DNA of 64,000 nucleotides from the human T2T-CHM13v2.0 reference genome, Homo sapiens: NCBI RefSeq assembly GCF_009914755.1, contig NC_060929.1. One strand, 5' to 3'. The notes beneath the pieces were generated by a model that saw nothing but the letters and a program-made list of their open reading frames with translations, searched no databases and was not told where the DNA came from. A program made the position numbers and the translations under genes. Positions 1 to 13,354 of this stretch are shown here, one piece after another; the first letter of the stretch is position 1; every line of letters begins with the position of its first letter.

Positions 1-127
1 AGGCTGAGGCAGGAGAATGGCGTGAACCCGGGAGGCGGAGCTTGCAGTGAGTCGAGATCGCGCCACTGCACTCCAGCCTGGGCGACAGAGCGAAACTCCG
101 TCTCAAAAAAAAAAAAAAAAAAAAAAG
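1..127 (+). mobile_element. AluY-like SINE, 3' part of right arm plus poly(A), cut by the window edge
   Basis: GGCAGGAGAATGGCGTGAACCCGGGAGGCGGAGCTTGCAGTGAG with AluY-type diagnostics and most CpGs intact, followed by an A-tail. Confidence 0.93.
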
Positions 128-159
128 CAGGGAGTGGAAGATCAGGCAGGAAACCCTTG

Positions 160-510
160 CATGGCATCCCTGTACACATTTATTCTTTCCATGAATATTT
201 ACTGGGGCATCTGCTTTGTACTAGGCCCTAAGGCTATGATACTGTGCAAAATCAGACTTGGCCCATAGTCTTGGAACCAGGACTCACACAAAGCAAGTAC
301 TCAATCCAGTGGGAAGGACAACCCAATAATCAAACAAATGGGATTTGGGGAGATGACTGGGAGGAGTCGCTAGCAGCCAACCTTTGTAGACCCTATTAAG
401 AATGTTGGTACTCATTTTCATAGCAGTGAGAAGCTCTTAGAGGATTTTAAGCAGAGTTTTAAACAGGTTCAGATTTGTATTTTGAAAAGATGATTCTGAT
501 TGCTGTGGAA
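160..510. mobile_element. L2 LINE fragment (degenerate)
   Basis: L2 3'-end-like cattTATTC..gaatatttactgg..gcatctgctttgtactaggc and tagatttgtattttgaaaagatgattctgattgctgtgg; boundaries approximate. Confidence 0.55.
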
Positions 511-1489
511 GGAGGATATCTATTCTCTGATTAGAAACCCAGCCCCTCTCTGCTGACTGATCTCTGTCATGTCAATGGAAGGGAACCAGGGAATCCACTC
601 TACAGTGGCATCTACCCATGCAGAAATCCCAGTAGCTTCCGCTAGCTCTCTTTACACTTGGCAGCCATCTCGGGTCGCTAACGACGGCGCCTTCCTGACT
701 GCCTCTGAGGCCAACTGCGATGTCTTGGCAACAATTCTATTAATATCAGAGCTAGGAATGAGCCAATGGAAAGCTGTTCATCCATGTAATGAGGTTTCAG
801 TTATATTTTAGAAATGTGTCAGATAATTTGGTAAGAGACAGCAGAGTTTTTCTGTTTGTCAAGAAACAGGGGAGGTAGAACTCGAGTTCCTGAGCTTCAG
901 CTGCAATGTGAAAATTGTCCTCTGTACTGAGATGCTTAAAGCAAAATAAGCAAATGTGAAGGGAAGGTGGCAGTGAGAGGGGCTCAGGACACCTGTGGGT
1001 GGCAATGGCAGGGAGAGTGGACACTGAATAGTGGTCAAGCACTTACAGTCGATCGAGCATCTCTGACACCATCTCATGACAGCCCTACGGGGTATGTAGA
1101 AGCTGCTCAAAGAAGAATTTGAATCGACATCTTTCTAACTCCAAAGTCTGATTTTGCCATTACTCTGATGTTTTGCTCAATTGCTGGATAAAAAAGGGCT
1201 TAATAGGTACATGTTTTGGTGTAGAGTGAAACTTATTTTATATTAGGAAGAAATGGGCTCAAAGCTATTAAATAAGAGCATCTTTCCCACCAAGCTTAGA
1301 AGAATCTCAATATTGCATGTTCCGTGTTCTCAGCATTCATGAGCTCTGACATGGTCATTCTGGGCAGCGCTCTCAAGCATGGGACATGCAAGGATCTTTG
1401 AAGAAGCACATGGAACTTACATTGAGAATTGAATCACATAGTAACAAAATGGGTCCTGTTTAACCACTTCAATGTTCCCAGATACGTAA

Positions 1490-1795
1490 GTCAGTGTTTT
1501 GCAACATCACTTGCCCTTCACAATCACCTGGTGAGCTTTCATAAACTCCTAGGCTCAAGCCACACCTCAGAGATGCTGATTTAGTTAGTCCCCGCTGCAG
1601 TGCTTCTCACACTTCAATGTCATGCAAACCCTTTGGAGAGCTTGGCAAAAATGGAGATTCTGATTCTAAAAACCTTGGTGGGACTTGAGATTCTGCATTT
1701 ATAACAAGCTTCCAGGTGACGTCAATGCTGGTCAGGGGGCCTCACTTTGAGCAGTTGGAGTCTAGGGCGTAGTCAAAGTTGAGAACCACAGTTTT
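1490..1795. mobile_element. MER5-family (hAT-Charlie) MITEs, probably a MER5B-like copy nested in a MER5A-like copy
   Basis: cagtg(c/t)ttctc-type termini, gagattctgcatttataacaagcttccaggtga core and ttgagaaccac end. Confidence 0.6.
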
Positions 1796-1976
1796 AAGGA
1801 TACAGTCTCAGTTTGGTGCTAGTCTTTTTTCTCTCTTTTTAAAGGTTTAATAAATTATTATTAATCAATTATAATGAATTATACATGCAACACAAATCAA
1901 ATAGTAAGCAGTGAACAAAGACACGACACCCGCTCCCCACCTTCCCCGCTATGGTCCCAGACACTAGAAGCTCATG

Positions 1977-2063
1977 TCCTCTATCGGATTAAATATTGTC
2001 ATTCTTCCTCTACAGGATCAAATATTGTCATTCTTCCTCTACAGGATCAAATATTGTCATTCT
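1977..2063 (+). repeat. 29-bp tandem repeat, 3 copies
   Basis: TCCTCTACAGGATCAAATATTGTCATTCT x3; copies 2 and 3 are identical and copy 1 has 3 substitutions. Confidence 0.95.
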
Positions 2064-2224
2064 TTCAGAGGGATCCTTGCATATACAACCATAAATGTAC
2101 ATGTGTATATAACCTTTAAAAAGCCACAAATAGCAGCTTTCTATTCAGCACTTTGTTTTTTTTTTTTTTACTTAATATATCTTAAAGATTGTTTCATAAT
2201 TGTACATAAAGAACTGCCTCATTC

Positions 2225-2383
2225 TTTTTTATTGTGGTAAAATATATATAACTTTTACCAGTTTAAACATTTTTAAGTGTACAGTTTGTGGCATTAAACA
2301 CATTCACAATGTTGTGCAACCATCACTACCATCTATCTCCAGAATGACTATCTTCCCAATCTGAAACTTTGCACTCAATAAAT
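2225..2383 (-). mobile_element. L1MB-like LINE-1 3' end fragment, with older L1M-like sequence to its left
   Basis: ttttattgtggtaaaatatatataac...ttttaagtgtacagtttgtggcattaaacacattcacaatgttgtgcaaccatcactaccatc resembles the antisense L1MB 3'UTR. Confidence 0.75.
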
Positions 2384-3049
2384 AGGGCTAGTTAATCTCA
2401 ACTCTCCTTTTACAGGTCTCAGAACCAGAGCTTTCCGCAATGTCTGGCTAGAGTTTATACATGTTGCTCTGTGTTTAATTTTATAGTCACTCTCTGTTTG
2501 TGATAAGAAATACTCATTGTCCCATTAAAGTAGTCTTCCTTTTAAACAAACCTAAGTTCCATTGAAATGACAATGTCTTATAGGTATCAGTGAAGGCTGT
2601 ACCTGGCTGTGCCACAAGATGTGAAAGTTGAACATGAAGGACTCAAACACAGGACATTCCCTTGGCCCTCTGCTGTGTGCCCAAATGACCTTTACCTTCA
2701 CTCGCAGGAGAGCAAAGATGGCTTCCCTTTTGGGCCTCATGACTTATACCCGCAGGCAGCCTTTTCTAAGTGCTAGAGTTGTTTTCAGACCACAAAGCAG
2801 TTCCTCTTTTCTCATCCTTAATGGAATGGCAAAGAAGAATAAAGGCCTAGGCCTCTTACAGGATTTTGTGTCCTCTGATAGAGATGGGGAACACAACCCC
2901 AGGCATTTAACAGTAGGTGACATTAAGGAATGTCCCTTCTAGAAAATGACATATTTTCATGCGGGTGGGTGTCTGGCTTGAGAAAAGTCAGAGAAGGATC
3001 AGCATCTGACTCATATGAAAGTCTTCATAGCAGAACTCAGCTGAAGGGA

Positions 3050-6000
3050 AGAGGTAGATTCACTGTGTAGACCAGAGAAAGGGCTCAGGATTGGGAGTCC
3101 ACAGACCTGGCACTGAGGTCTGGGTTTATCACCAGCTGGTTGAGTGTCTTGTAGCAAGTCACTTTTACCTCTCCAAGCACTGGTTTTCTTCATGTGCAAA
3201 ATGTAGAGGTGAATATCTTATGAAGATTAAATGTAGTAATATATGGAGGTATTTAGCACTGGGCCTGCCACGTTGTTAGTGCTCAGTAAATAGAAATATT
3301 ATAGTTTCAGATGATTCACTGAAAAGGAAGTAAAGAATGGAGGAGGATGTGGGCAAAAAGGCAGGTCCGAGGACACTCAGATGGTCACCACCCAGCCAAA
3401 TTTTCACCTGTGACTACCCAGACTAAGTAGGCAGAGAAATACTGAGATGTCAATAGAAGACAATGTGTCTACAAAGAATTCCAATGACCCAGTACTTAAC
3501 CTTCTCCCTTATTTTTACTCCTAAGCAAACCAAACAAAAACCAATCTGAAAAACAAATCTGCAATAGACACACACTTGTCTTAGAAGCTGACATACTGAT
3601 TCAGTGAATATATCTTTGAGCAGCTCCTATGTACTTGGAAGCTGCTCTGGGTGCTGGGGACAGTGACACACAAGATGGAGAAGATCCTTGCACTCTCGGG
3701 CTTATATCCTAATGGGGCCCCTCCAAGCCCTTGGTCCAAGGCCCATTCAGCTGTCCCCACATATAGCCCCTGCTTTTTCTCTGAGGGTCCTGAAATGCAA
3801 TAGTATCTGCTGACTTTTCTGCCCTGCAGAGGAAGGAAATAGGATGGTTTTATTTTCAGAGGTAAGCACAAGTATTTGTTTGGAAGACTTTTCAATTATT
3901 AGTAAAGAAAAAAGTTTACACTCATCGATGAAGTGTCTTTCTGTGATGTGGAGAATAGACAGAGCAGAAGAGAAAATGAGCTGTGGCCAGGGCATGAGAC
4001 AGAAGCTGTGCTTGCCATCGATCGGAAGGCTGGCAAGCAAGGAAGAGCAGGGCAGCTTGACAAGGCTTGAAAACATGTCCTCAGTATTAGCTTCAAAAGG
4101 AGACTGTGCACACGAGAAACACTTGTGCATGATCTTGTGGTGGAAGAGGAAGAATTTAACATCAAATCATCCCCCAGTACATGACATTGGCCTGGAGAAT
4201 GGATTCTGACATCTAAATAACTGGTTTTGAATCCCAGCTCTGCCATTTAATAGGCACTTAACCTTACCAACCTTAGTTTTCTAATCTGTAAACGATGATG
4301 ACAGTATTTACCTCACGAGGTTGGAGGTTAAGTGAAAAGGTATACATATAGGAATCAGCACGGTGCCCAGGACGCTGTGAAAGTGTTATCATAAATGTGT
4401 GCAGAGCTGACCAAAATAAATGCAGTATTATGCAACTGTGGAAAATGCATTTATTCGTGATCACACAGACATTAAAGAGGATGATGTCCAAGCTTTAACT
4501 AGATTTTTCTGACTTTACGCACCTTCCTGATAACAGCCAGCTTGCATAAATACCACTTATGAGGAACAAACAGGATTTTCTTGACGTACAGCCACAATGG
4601 GACCACTGTTTTGTCTGTGTTTGTAAATGACAGGATACACAAGCTAGTCCTCAAGCCAAGAAGCCAGTTACTGAAATTATCTTATAGCACTGAAACTATA
4701 CTTTAAGATCTGTGATCAAGTCCCACTTACTATTAAACCAGACTGAACAGAGAACAAGAAAGGAAAGAGAAATTGGAAAAATGCAACAGGATTGGTGTTC
4801 AAAAGGATGGGGCTGAGGCGCCTTGGAGAGACCAACACTCTGCCCTCATGTTTACCTATTGGGACATTCCCTTGATGAAAGGGTTGTCTGGGAAAGCCAG
4901 GCTGAGTAGTTAAGCAGCTCAACTATGTCTGAATAAGATTAGGCAAAAGAAAAACAAACAGGCTCCACCAGCTAGGCCAGGGCTGCAAGGACTCAGGAAA
5001 ACAAGTGAGGCAGGTTTGTCCCCATCCCTTGCCAGCAGAACAGGTTTTTCAAGGATAATCTGTAATGTGTTATCAAACTACCTCTGTGAGCCCCATTCAG
5101 GCAATAGGAGTTTGGAGCAGCTGAACAGAGTTGAAGGGCATGTGTTTAATCACACAGGGTTGGGGTTAGGCCTCCGTGTTGCCACCTTCAGCTGGGTGCC
5201 CCTGGGCCAACTTTGTGTGCTCCTTAAGTTTCAGTTTCCTCTTCCTTAAAATAATGAGGATAATACTGGAATCTACTTTAGAGTGTTGCTGTGTTAGAAT
5301 TACATGAACTAATTAAGTAAACTTACACATAGTAAATACTCAATAAAAGGTATTAATTATTAACTACTGTTATTACATGGGAAGCACCTGAGAGCCTTGC
5401 GTGTTTGGTGCAGACAGCAGAAGGATGACTGCTTTATCGGGGTCATGGTGCAGTGATCGTGTGCTGGGATTGCAGCAGAAGCCAGGGCCCACCTAGTTGG
5501 AGAATGATCCAGTAAAATAACTCTAATATCCAACTGGCTATCATGGCTTAAGGACACGAGAAATGGTAATTGTGTTTGACCAGCCCAGCACAGCCCTTGA
5601 AACAATTTCTTCTCGTCACTTATCCTAACATTCTAATTCAAGAGATTTTATATCAACAGATTTAAGCCAGCATAAGGAAATGTTATCACAGAGCTGAAAG
5701 AGGCCCTCAAAATGGCCAGGTCCAGAGCTCTGTCTTGGGGAACAGTAGCTCCACTGATTGCTTTTAATAAGCAAACTTATTACCTCAAGGCTTGTGTGGT
5801 TGCCTGCCCACAGAGAGAATCCTGAAGAGAGGAGAAAGTTCTGGTCAATCTGGTGAAATCCTAGAGACACAACTTAAGTCATTTGCAACAAGACACTTCA
5901 CTTACCAGGCTAAAGATGACAGGACACCGATAATTACCTAGAAAGTAGATTGGATCTTGAGTATAAACTCCTGTCAAACTAAATTCCCAGTGGAGTTTAT

Positions 6001-7200
6001 GTTTCCTTGAAAGTTTACTAAAATATGACAATGAAGAGGGAAGGCTGTGGATTATAAGAGTTCAAAGTTCTAATCCTGATTCTGGCCATGTGGCCTGCCT
6101 ATTATTCATTAGTTCCTTACACTTATACAAGATGGGGATGATAGTCCCTATCTCATAAAAGAGTTGAGGGAAAAGTAGCAGCAGCAGCAAACTTTTGAAG
6201 TTCATTATGGACCTATCACTATTTAAGCTCGTCATACCTATCGATTTGTATAACTCTGACAATAACCCTAGGGGATGAGTTTATTATCACCCCCGTTTGT
6301 AGACGGGGAAACTGAAACAGAGTGGTTGGGAAAATTGCCCAAGGTCACACAGCTAGCAACTGGCAGTGCCAGCCACTGTAAGCCATGATCCAACCCCTTA
6401 GTCACTGTGATAAATTGCCTCTTGCATATAAGAGAAATGCTTCTATCAGTGGCAGATACGAAGTAGTAAATACATTTTGACTATCATGCTTATGTTATTA
6501 ATTCCTCGCATGGGATACAGTAGCTGCAAATTCTCCTAAAAAGTTAAAGAATTTAAAACAGTTTGGTTTCAGCCTTGTAAACAATGTGTACTCTGAGTTA
6601 GTTGATTTCATGTTCTCCTTTGGTAAGTTGCATCTTTTTTCTTCTTTATGAAAATATCTGTCATTTTCTTTAAAGGCCATGAAATTAGGAAAATAGGAGT
6701 CCTTTTGGAACATTCTTCCTAAATCTTGGTAAACAAGACAAGTGGACAATGGTGAATAAAAGTGCACAGTTTCCAAGTACCTTCATAGGCCTCATCTCAT
6801 CAGATAACATCCTGTGAAAAGCAGATGCCTGGTAATGTCAACTGATGTATCCATAAGGATTGCCAGGTAATATAGCCCAGTAGAAGGCATTGCACCTGGT
6901 GGATGAGAGCACGTGCTCTGAATCAACCAGTTTGCATTCTAATCTGGGTTCTATCACTTACCACCTGGTGACCTTGGAACTTTTAAATCTCACATTTTCA
7001 ATTTCCAAAAACAGATAGTAGGCATGATAGTAGGCACTGGATAATCTACATGAGATTATCCAAGGAAGACTCTTAAGACTTAGTAAATTCTCAGTAAAAG
7101 TTCACTGCTGATATTGCTATTATCTCTATCGTGGCACAAGAAGTTGGAAAAGAATTCCTGGTAATTACCGCCAGGATTCAAGCCCGGGTCTTCAGAAACT
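3050..7200. mobile_element. Cluster of MIR SINE fragments (~3050-3300, 4190-4330, 5130-5360, 6050-6420, 6870-7120) interspersed with unique DNA and L2 bits
   Basis: MIR core motifs such as ttgaatcccagctctgcc, tcagtttcct, gggaaactga..agagtggtt..ttgcccaaggtcacacagct; boundaries approximate. Confidence 0.65.
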
Positions 7201-8519
7201 TAATGTAATTCTCTTTTCATAATACAACATTGCTTATGGGCCCCTAGCTTCCCAGAAAATTGTTAGGGCTCTGAGTTGGCTTCTAATTCAAAATTTATTC
7301 TTTCAAAAAAAGCATTTCCTAAAATCTGCAAATGAAGACTAGCGCAGGGAAATAGAACAAGATAAGGAGAGACTTAAAAACAGGATCACAGGAGCCAACC
7401 TGAGGATCAGATATAAAATCAGATGTCTCTTAAATCAAACAGACAGGGCTGGGGCTGACGCCAGAAACGCTTAACACCCATTACAATGAAGAAGACGTAA
7501 GTGCAATAAGGGACCCATAAAAACCACCAGCATGTGAAATACTGCCAAACGCTGTGTGGTTGCCAAGGAGGAAGCATCACTAGGCTGGATTCAAATACTT
7601 CTCTCTGCAAAGCAAATAGGCTGAGTGTTAATTAAAGCGTGTAAGTTGATTCTTGAGGTAGCTGCCTGGAAAAAGAAATCCTGCCTAGAAGTCACTTCCT
7701 CTGATAGATTTCTTTTGGTACTGTGGATTTTCTGCAAGTGAAATTCTCCAAATCAAACACACCTTCCTGTGTATTCGCTGCTCCCCATTGCTTGTGGAGC
7801 TGTGTGCTTTTGAGCAAGAGCTGTATTGTGCTGTTTTCTACATCACTGTCACACTAAGTGCTTTGCAAAGGGCTCACATTACCTGTGCATCTCAAAACAA
7901 CCTCACATGCTATAGAGAACAGTAGTTATTATTCCATTTTACAGAGGGAACAACATAAGAAATGCAGGCACTAAGTGACTTGCCCACAATTGCAGAGAAG
8001 AGTACAGCTCATAGAAACACCTTGGATCCCCTGATTCCAAATGTAGGCCTCTTCCCATCTTAAAAATGAATGACACCCAAAACAGAAAGAGATATGCGAG
8101 CAAAGTGCACTGGAAATTTAAGTGGGTGGCTTGATAAAGCAGGGTAAAAGGGTGCACTTTCAGCTTTCTGAAATTGTATTGGCATGACAAGTACCCCCAC
8201 ATCTTTAAGATCAATACCATACCTGGCATCTAGAAGGACAAGCTGGGGTGAGTCAGAAATGCTGTCGCTTTTGAAGACTGGTCAGCAGAGCCAGTCTTAC
8301 CATACCTTGCTGTTTCTTAGGAGACTAAATCCATGTGATGCCATTTAGCCTTTTTATCTTACCCCAAGAATGAAATCAGCTGGTCCCTGAGCACTTAAAA
8401 ATCCAGGTGTTCTTTACTTCTGTTCTTAAACCAAGATGTTTATCTTCCTGAGGTGGATTGAGCAGAGGTGTTGAATGAGAAAGAGGTAAACTGGTGGTCA
8501 TGATATCTCCTGTTCCCTT

Positions 8520-8905
8520 CGATTACTCATTGACTCAGCAAGCATTAGGCAAGCCCCTGCTATTATTAGAGACTCTGCCAAGCCCAGCGGACACAGTAGT
8601 GTCTAGGAGGTAGAAGAAAGGTCTCTACACTCATGGGACTTTTGTGCTAATGGGAGAGTTAAAAAATAAATGGGAAGACAAGAATTTCAGATTGTGATAG
8701 GCATTATGAAAATAACACAGTGAGGGAGAGGAATTGGGGGCAGTATTTTAGATGCTGTGATCTGGGAAGCTCTCTGTGAAGAGATGGCCTTTGAGCCGAA
8801 ACCTGATTAAAAATAGGAAGCTAATATTGGGAAAAGCCAAGGAATAAGTGTTCCAGGCAGAGGGAAGACAGAGTGCCAAGGTCCTGAGAAGGAAACAGCA
8901 ACAGC
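8520..8905 (-). mobile_element. L2 fragment
   Basis: cattgactcagcaagcatt start; gaggtggcctttgagc-like segment and gttccaggcagagggaagacagagtgccaaggtcctgag are typical L2 3' region. Confidence 0.65.
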
Positions 8906-11900
8906 CAGGGCTGCTGGCTCACTATAGGTTGGTGGACCTGATATTAGGTGAGGGTGGGGAGAGGGCCAGATTTAGAGTCATGAGTCCAGTGAACCATGCT
9001 TTGGAGGTGAGACTGGCTCGGTGTCCAGCTCTCCTTTCTCAAACACATTTCCTTCCCTTTTTTTATTGACTGCTCTAGAGCTTCAAGAATTAGCTTCACT
9101 TCTGAGTTGCACAGTCCCTGTATTCTTAATGGCACAGGCCACATGGGTTACATATTTTTGACAGGGACTCTTAACAGTCTCCAACCCCACAAGAGCGGGC
9201 CATTGAGGTCTGAGAGGAAACCAAGCTTTGAATTAGTTATTGAGCATGGTCACTGGGGATTGGGGCCGTCACCTCTGTTCTGCCTGGAGAAAGGCTATTT
9301 ACAAACCCAAATAGTTCCTCACCAGCCCTGTACACTTTGAAACTGGAAGACTCTTGGTCAAATATGGCCTCATCGACTGAAGTCAAGCACATGGGTTCTG
9401 GGATCAGTAAACCCTCATTGGCTCAGTTAACTTCTCGGAGTCTCACCATCCTCATCAGTAATGATAGATAACACCTGCCTCATGGGCTTGTAATAATATA
9501 TAAAGTGCTTCCCAGTCATGCTTTGCAAATCATAAGGCTTCAATAAGCTCTCACCATTATGATTTTTATTAGGCACCATCATAAAAATCCCAACTCTCTC
9601 CCTCTCTTCCCCACACACATTTCTTTCAAGTTCTTGCATAGTGATTTTGTAACCTTTTGGAAAGGGGCCTTGAAATAGTACAACTAGTGCCCAATGACTA
9701 TGTGCTATAGACTGTCCAGACAGGCAACTCATTTCCAAGCAGTCAGTAGCTAAGGTAGAGATTCCTTGCAAGGGTGCTCTGCTCATCAGCATGTGAAAGG
9801 AACCACGACCACATAGAGCTATCACCATTATCATCTACAACAGCCCTCATAACACAGTCACCTGTATGCCCTGGGCAAAGAGCTTCCCAAATAGATAGAG
9901 GATTGGGGGTCCCTGGGATCCTGTTGCTGCTGGTGGCTGAGGGTGAAAACAGCTTGTAGCCCCAGGACCCAGAGTACTGAGGTGAAGGACAGCCTCAGAG
10001 GCTCCCTTTGAAGTAGCATCCCTGCCCCAGGCTGGCAATTGGTGGAGAGAACTGAGAAGAAAAATTACCCCCAAGCCTTAGGATCTAACAAGACACTTAC
10101 CTCCTACCTCCTTGGTGTAAACTCCACAGCTGACAGGGAGGGTTGGCACTCCTTGGGTGTTTTTTTTCTGGTGGGACACTAGGGAGAAAGACTGAGCTGC
10201 TACCACCCCCAGATATCCCATCAAAGGGGAGCGACTGACAGAGAACCTCCTTCTCATGGGTGGCTGGAGCAGGTGGTCCCCACCCATATAGAAGCCCAGC
10301 CTTCAGTGTCACACGCCTGAACACAATTCCTCCACCCCAATTTCCTCCTCTCTGGGCCTGCTGCAGAAACCTGCTTAGCCCCACCCTCCTTATCCACTCT
10401 AGGCTCCTATTCCAAGCCCTGCATCTCCACCCTCCTCCCTTGGCTTCTGGCAGGACTGGCCTAACTAGCTCAGGCACACGAGAGGCCACCTGTGTGCTGC
10501 TCTTAGCTGGTGGGTGGCTAACCCATGTCTCCACCAGCCCTGCTGTGGCCACACAATTGATTTTGAGAGAGCACCTGGGTTAATTAGAGCCAGAACTTGG
10601 GACTTTGGCCCTGCTATGAAAAAAATGAAGAGTACCTGTTTTCTGGTGCTTGATTAAAAATCTGTAGAAATATGAAGACCAGGTATCAGGAGATGGGGTC
10701 TCTGCTTAGCTGCTGCATGAAATGGCTTCAATACAAACCAAGTTGCCTCTGTCTTTGGTGCTAGAGATTTGGCCATGTTGCACCAGTACCTCAAGGTCGC
10801 AAGCTTTCCTCAGGATGATGCAGCATCTACCCTTATTCTCAGCAGAGAGAACTTGAGCAACAGTTTGAAATTTTCTCACAAGATGTAAAGAAATTCCATT
10901 TTTTCCTCTGTGTAGTGTTAGGGAAATCACCAAGGAAAGTTTAGCAATGTACGGCGTGTCTGTTATTAAAAAGCAATTTGTCACCCCCATTAACACCTGT
11001 TCCACTGAATCCACAGGTGATCTTAATGGTGACTTAAATATCCTTGAAAAAGAACACTTATTCAGGTACCAAATCTAAGGATTTGGGATTTTATTTCCCT
11101 ACCCTGGCAAGTTAGTATTACTTTCTTCCAGAAATTGCCAGATTTTAGGATTCATAAGTCTTATCTGGAATATGAAAAATACAGATTTCTGCACACAATT
11201 CTCAATTCCAAGAGAGCCCAGGAATTCATATTAAAAAAAAATTCTTTGAGGCGATTCTGATTTGGATTGTCTTGCACCTGTACTTGAAGAAATACTGCCT
11301 CAGAATAGATCTAAATTCTTTATTACCAGCCCGAGTTGAGTTGGGGACCAGCTATTTCACATTGTTTCCAACTCACTCTTCTACCCTCCCCTCAGGAATT
11401 CTGCAGCTGACTCCAGCATCTCCCTCCTCCCTTTAACTCACAAATGAGCTTTGTCAGAGGAGACAGCCTTGGCCTCAAAGATATTCCAGCTATAAGAGGC
11501 CTTAGAAATGATGTCATTGAACTGTTACTGCACCAGCACAGACACTGAGCTCTAGCCCTGCCCTTTCTCCACCTGAGGCCCAGGTCTCACACCTTGTCAC
11601 CTACAGGAGATATGCAGGCCCCTTAAGATCACCTGTTCCAAAGCCAATTTCCCTATGCCAGCCCCTTCCCAGGCTCTCTTCTTTTGGAGAAGAACCCAGG
11701 TGTGTGGGCCCCAGAATCATCCTCTCCCTCCTCTATGGCTGAGGCAGTCTGTGTTCAGGTTCCTAATTTCTACAGTCAGACTCAGTTTTAGAATGAGATT
11801 CTCATATCCCACCTGCCTCACCAAGTGGAGTTATTATATGGGCAATTAGGTCTCATATGACCATTTGCTTATGTCAAGCATTTAATCATAAGATAAAGAC

Positions 11901-12988
11901 TATAGGACCCATTTGATTCAATTCACATTAAGCACTTGATACGTACAGGGCATCTTGCTAGGCACAGCCAGGGGTGTGAAGAGGACCCAAGGTGTTGATG
12001 CTGTTGTTGTTACTATAATTTGCTTTGTTTTACTAGTGAATTGGGTGGAGGGCAATAATGACAGTAGGGAAATCTACCCTTAAATCTATACTTACCCAAG
12101 AAGACATGCTGTCTTGAGGCTGCTCACCCCCGTCTCATCGGAAGCTCAGGTGATTTTGTGTATACAATAAAGAATTGTTTCCTTGACTCATCTGTGCAGA
12201 GCACAACATTCTTTTTTCCCCCCAGTACTTATCACCTGGTCTCTGATTGTACCATTCATCAGATGAAATTAATAGCAGCCTAGTCTAGTGGTTACAAATA
12301 CAGACTTTGGTACCAGACTGCTGGAATTCACGTCCTTGGCACCACCAGCTTTCAGCTGTGTGGTTTTGGGCAAAGTGCTGACTCTAGGGGTTTACACCAC
12401 AGCAGATATTGATTGAATAATCACATACAAGTGGTGAAATGACAGTTGGGATAAATGCTAAGGAGGAAAGATACCCAGGGCTGTGAAAGCATGTGAAGAG
12501 ATTTGTCCAGGTCAAAGAGTCAGATTAGAACTGGGATGGAGTTAACGATGCAGAGGAGTGGGGTTGGCATCAGATTGTTCCAGATAGAGAAACACCATGC
12601 ACCCTGTGTAGTGGTCAGTATTGTTGCAGTAACAAATGATCTCCAAATCTCAGAAATTTCTACCACAAGGTTTATTAAAGGGAGACTATGCATTGACTGA
12701 AGCTTTCTTTGGCTGCAGCAGTTTCCCATTCAGGGACTTAAGCTGAAGGAACAGCTTCCTAAGTGGGATATGCTATTCTCATAGCAGAAAGAAAGACCAG
12801 GAGTACTGTGGACACCTGTCCTGCCTCTTAGAGTTTCTACTTGGATGTGGCCTCTGTCATGTCTGCTTTTGTTCCTTTGGTCAAAGCCAAAAGCCGATGG
12901 GACAGGGATGCATGGGCCTCCCACTGGGGACATAGAAAGCTGCATGGCAGTGGGCAGGAATGCACTCCTCTTACAGGGAAAGGGGTGG

Positions 12989-13354
12989 TGTCAGGTTTTA
13001 ACTGGGGTCCGAGGGGAGTTGGTGGGGTGAGTGGCGGGTAGCTGGAGAAACACTCAAGGAATCGTAGACAGTTTTGACATGGCTTTACTCTCTCTAAGTG
13101 CGAGTGAGTCTGGGCATGAGTGAGCCTGGGGGTGAGCCATATGTACAGCTTTAGTAGGGTAACCATACCTTTTACAGACAATAGTGGTTCTGAGCAAAAC
13201 ATGAGCGCACGTGTGTGATCACCTAATGCACCTCACATGGTGTGGTTACATAATGTGCAGGGCTGTGCACCTGTGCTCCAAACCCACTGAGTTATGCTGC
13301 TTTGGAAGGCTGCCTCAGCTTATTCCTGACTAAAGTGCAGCCATTTTCCTTACC
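12989..13354 (-). repeat. 3' LTR (LTR18 family)
   Basis: Minus strand reads (G)GTAAGGAAAATGGCTGCACTTTAGTCAGG...CCTGACA and is preceded by the polypurine tract AGGGAGTGGAG (13355-13365). Confidence 0.9.

Noticed and set aside
22-268. ORFs with poly-lysine runs
   Set aside because: Translations of the Alu body and A-tail.
1977-2063. 29-bp repeats as a CRISPR-like array
   Set aside because: Head-to-tail copies with no spacers, in eukaryotic DNA.
10097-11014. ORFs of 100-150 aa in unique sequence as host exons
   Set aside because: No recognisable protein motifs, overlapping ORFs on both strands, and lengths compatible with chance.
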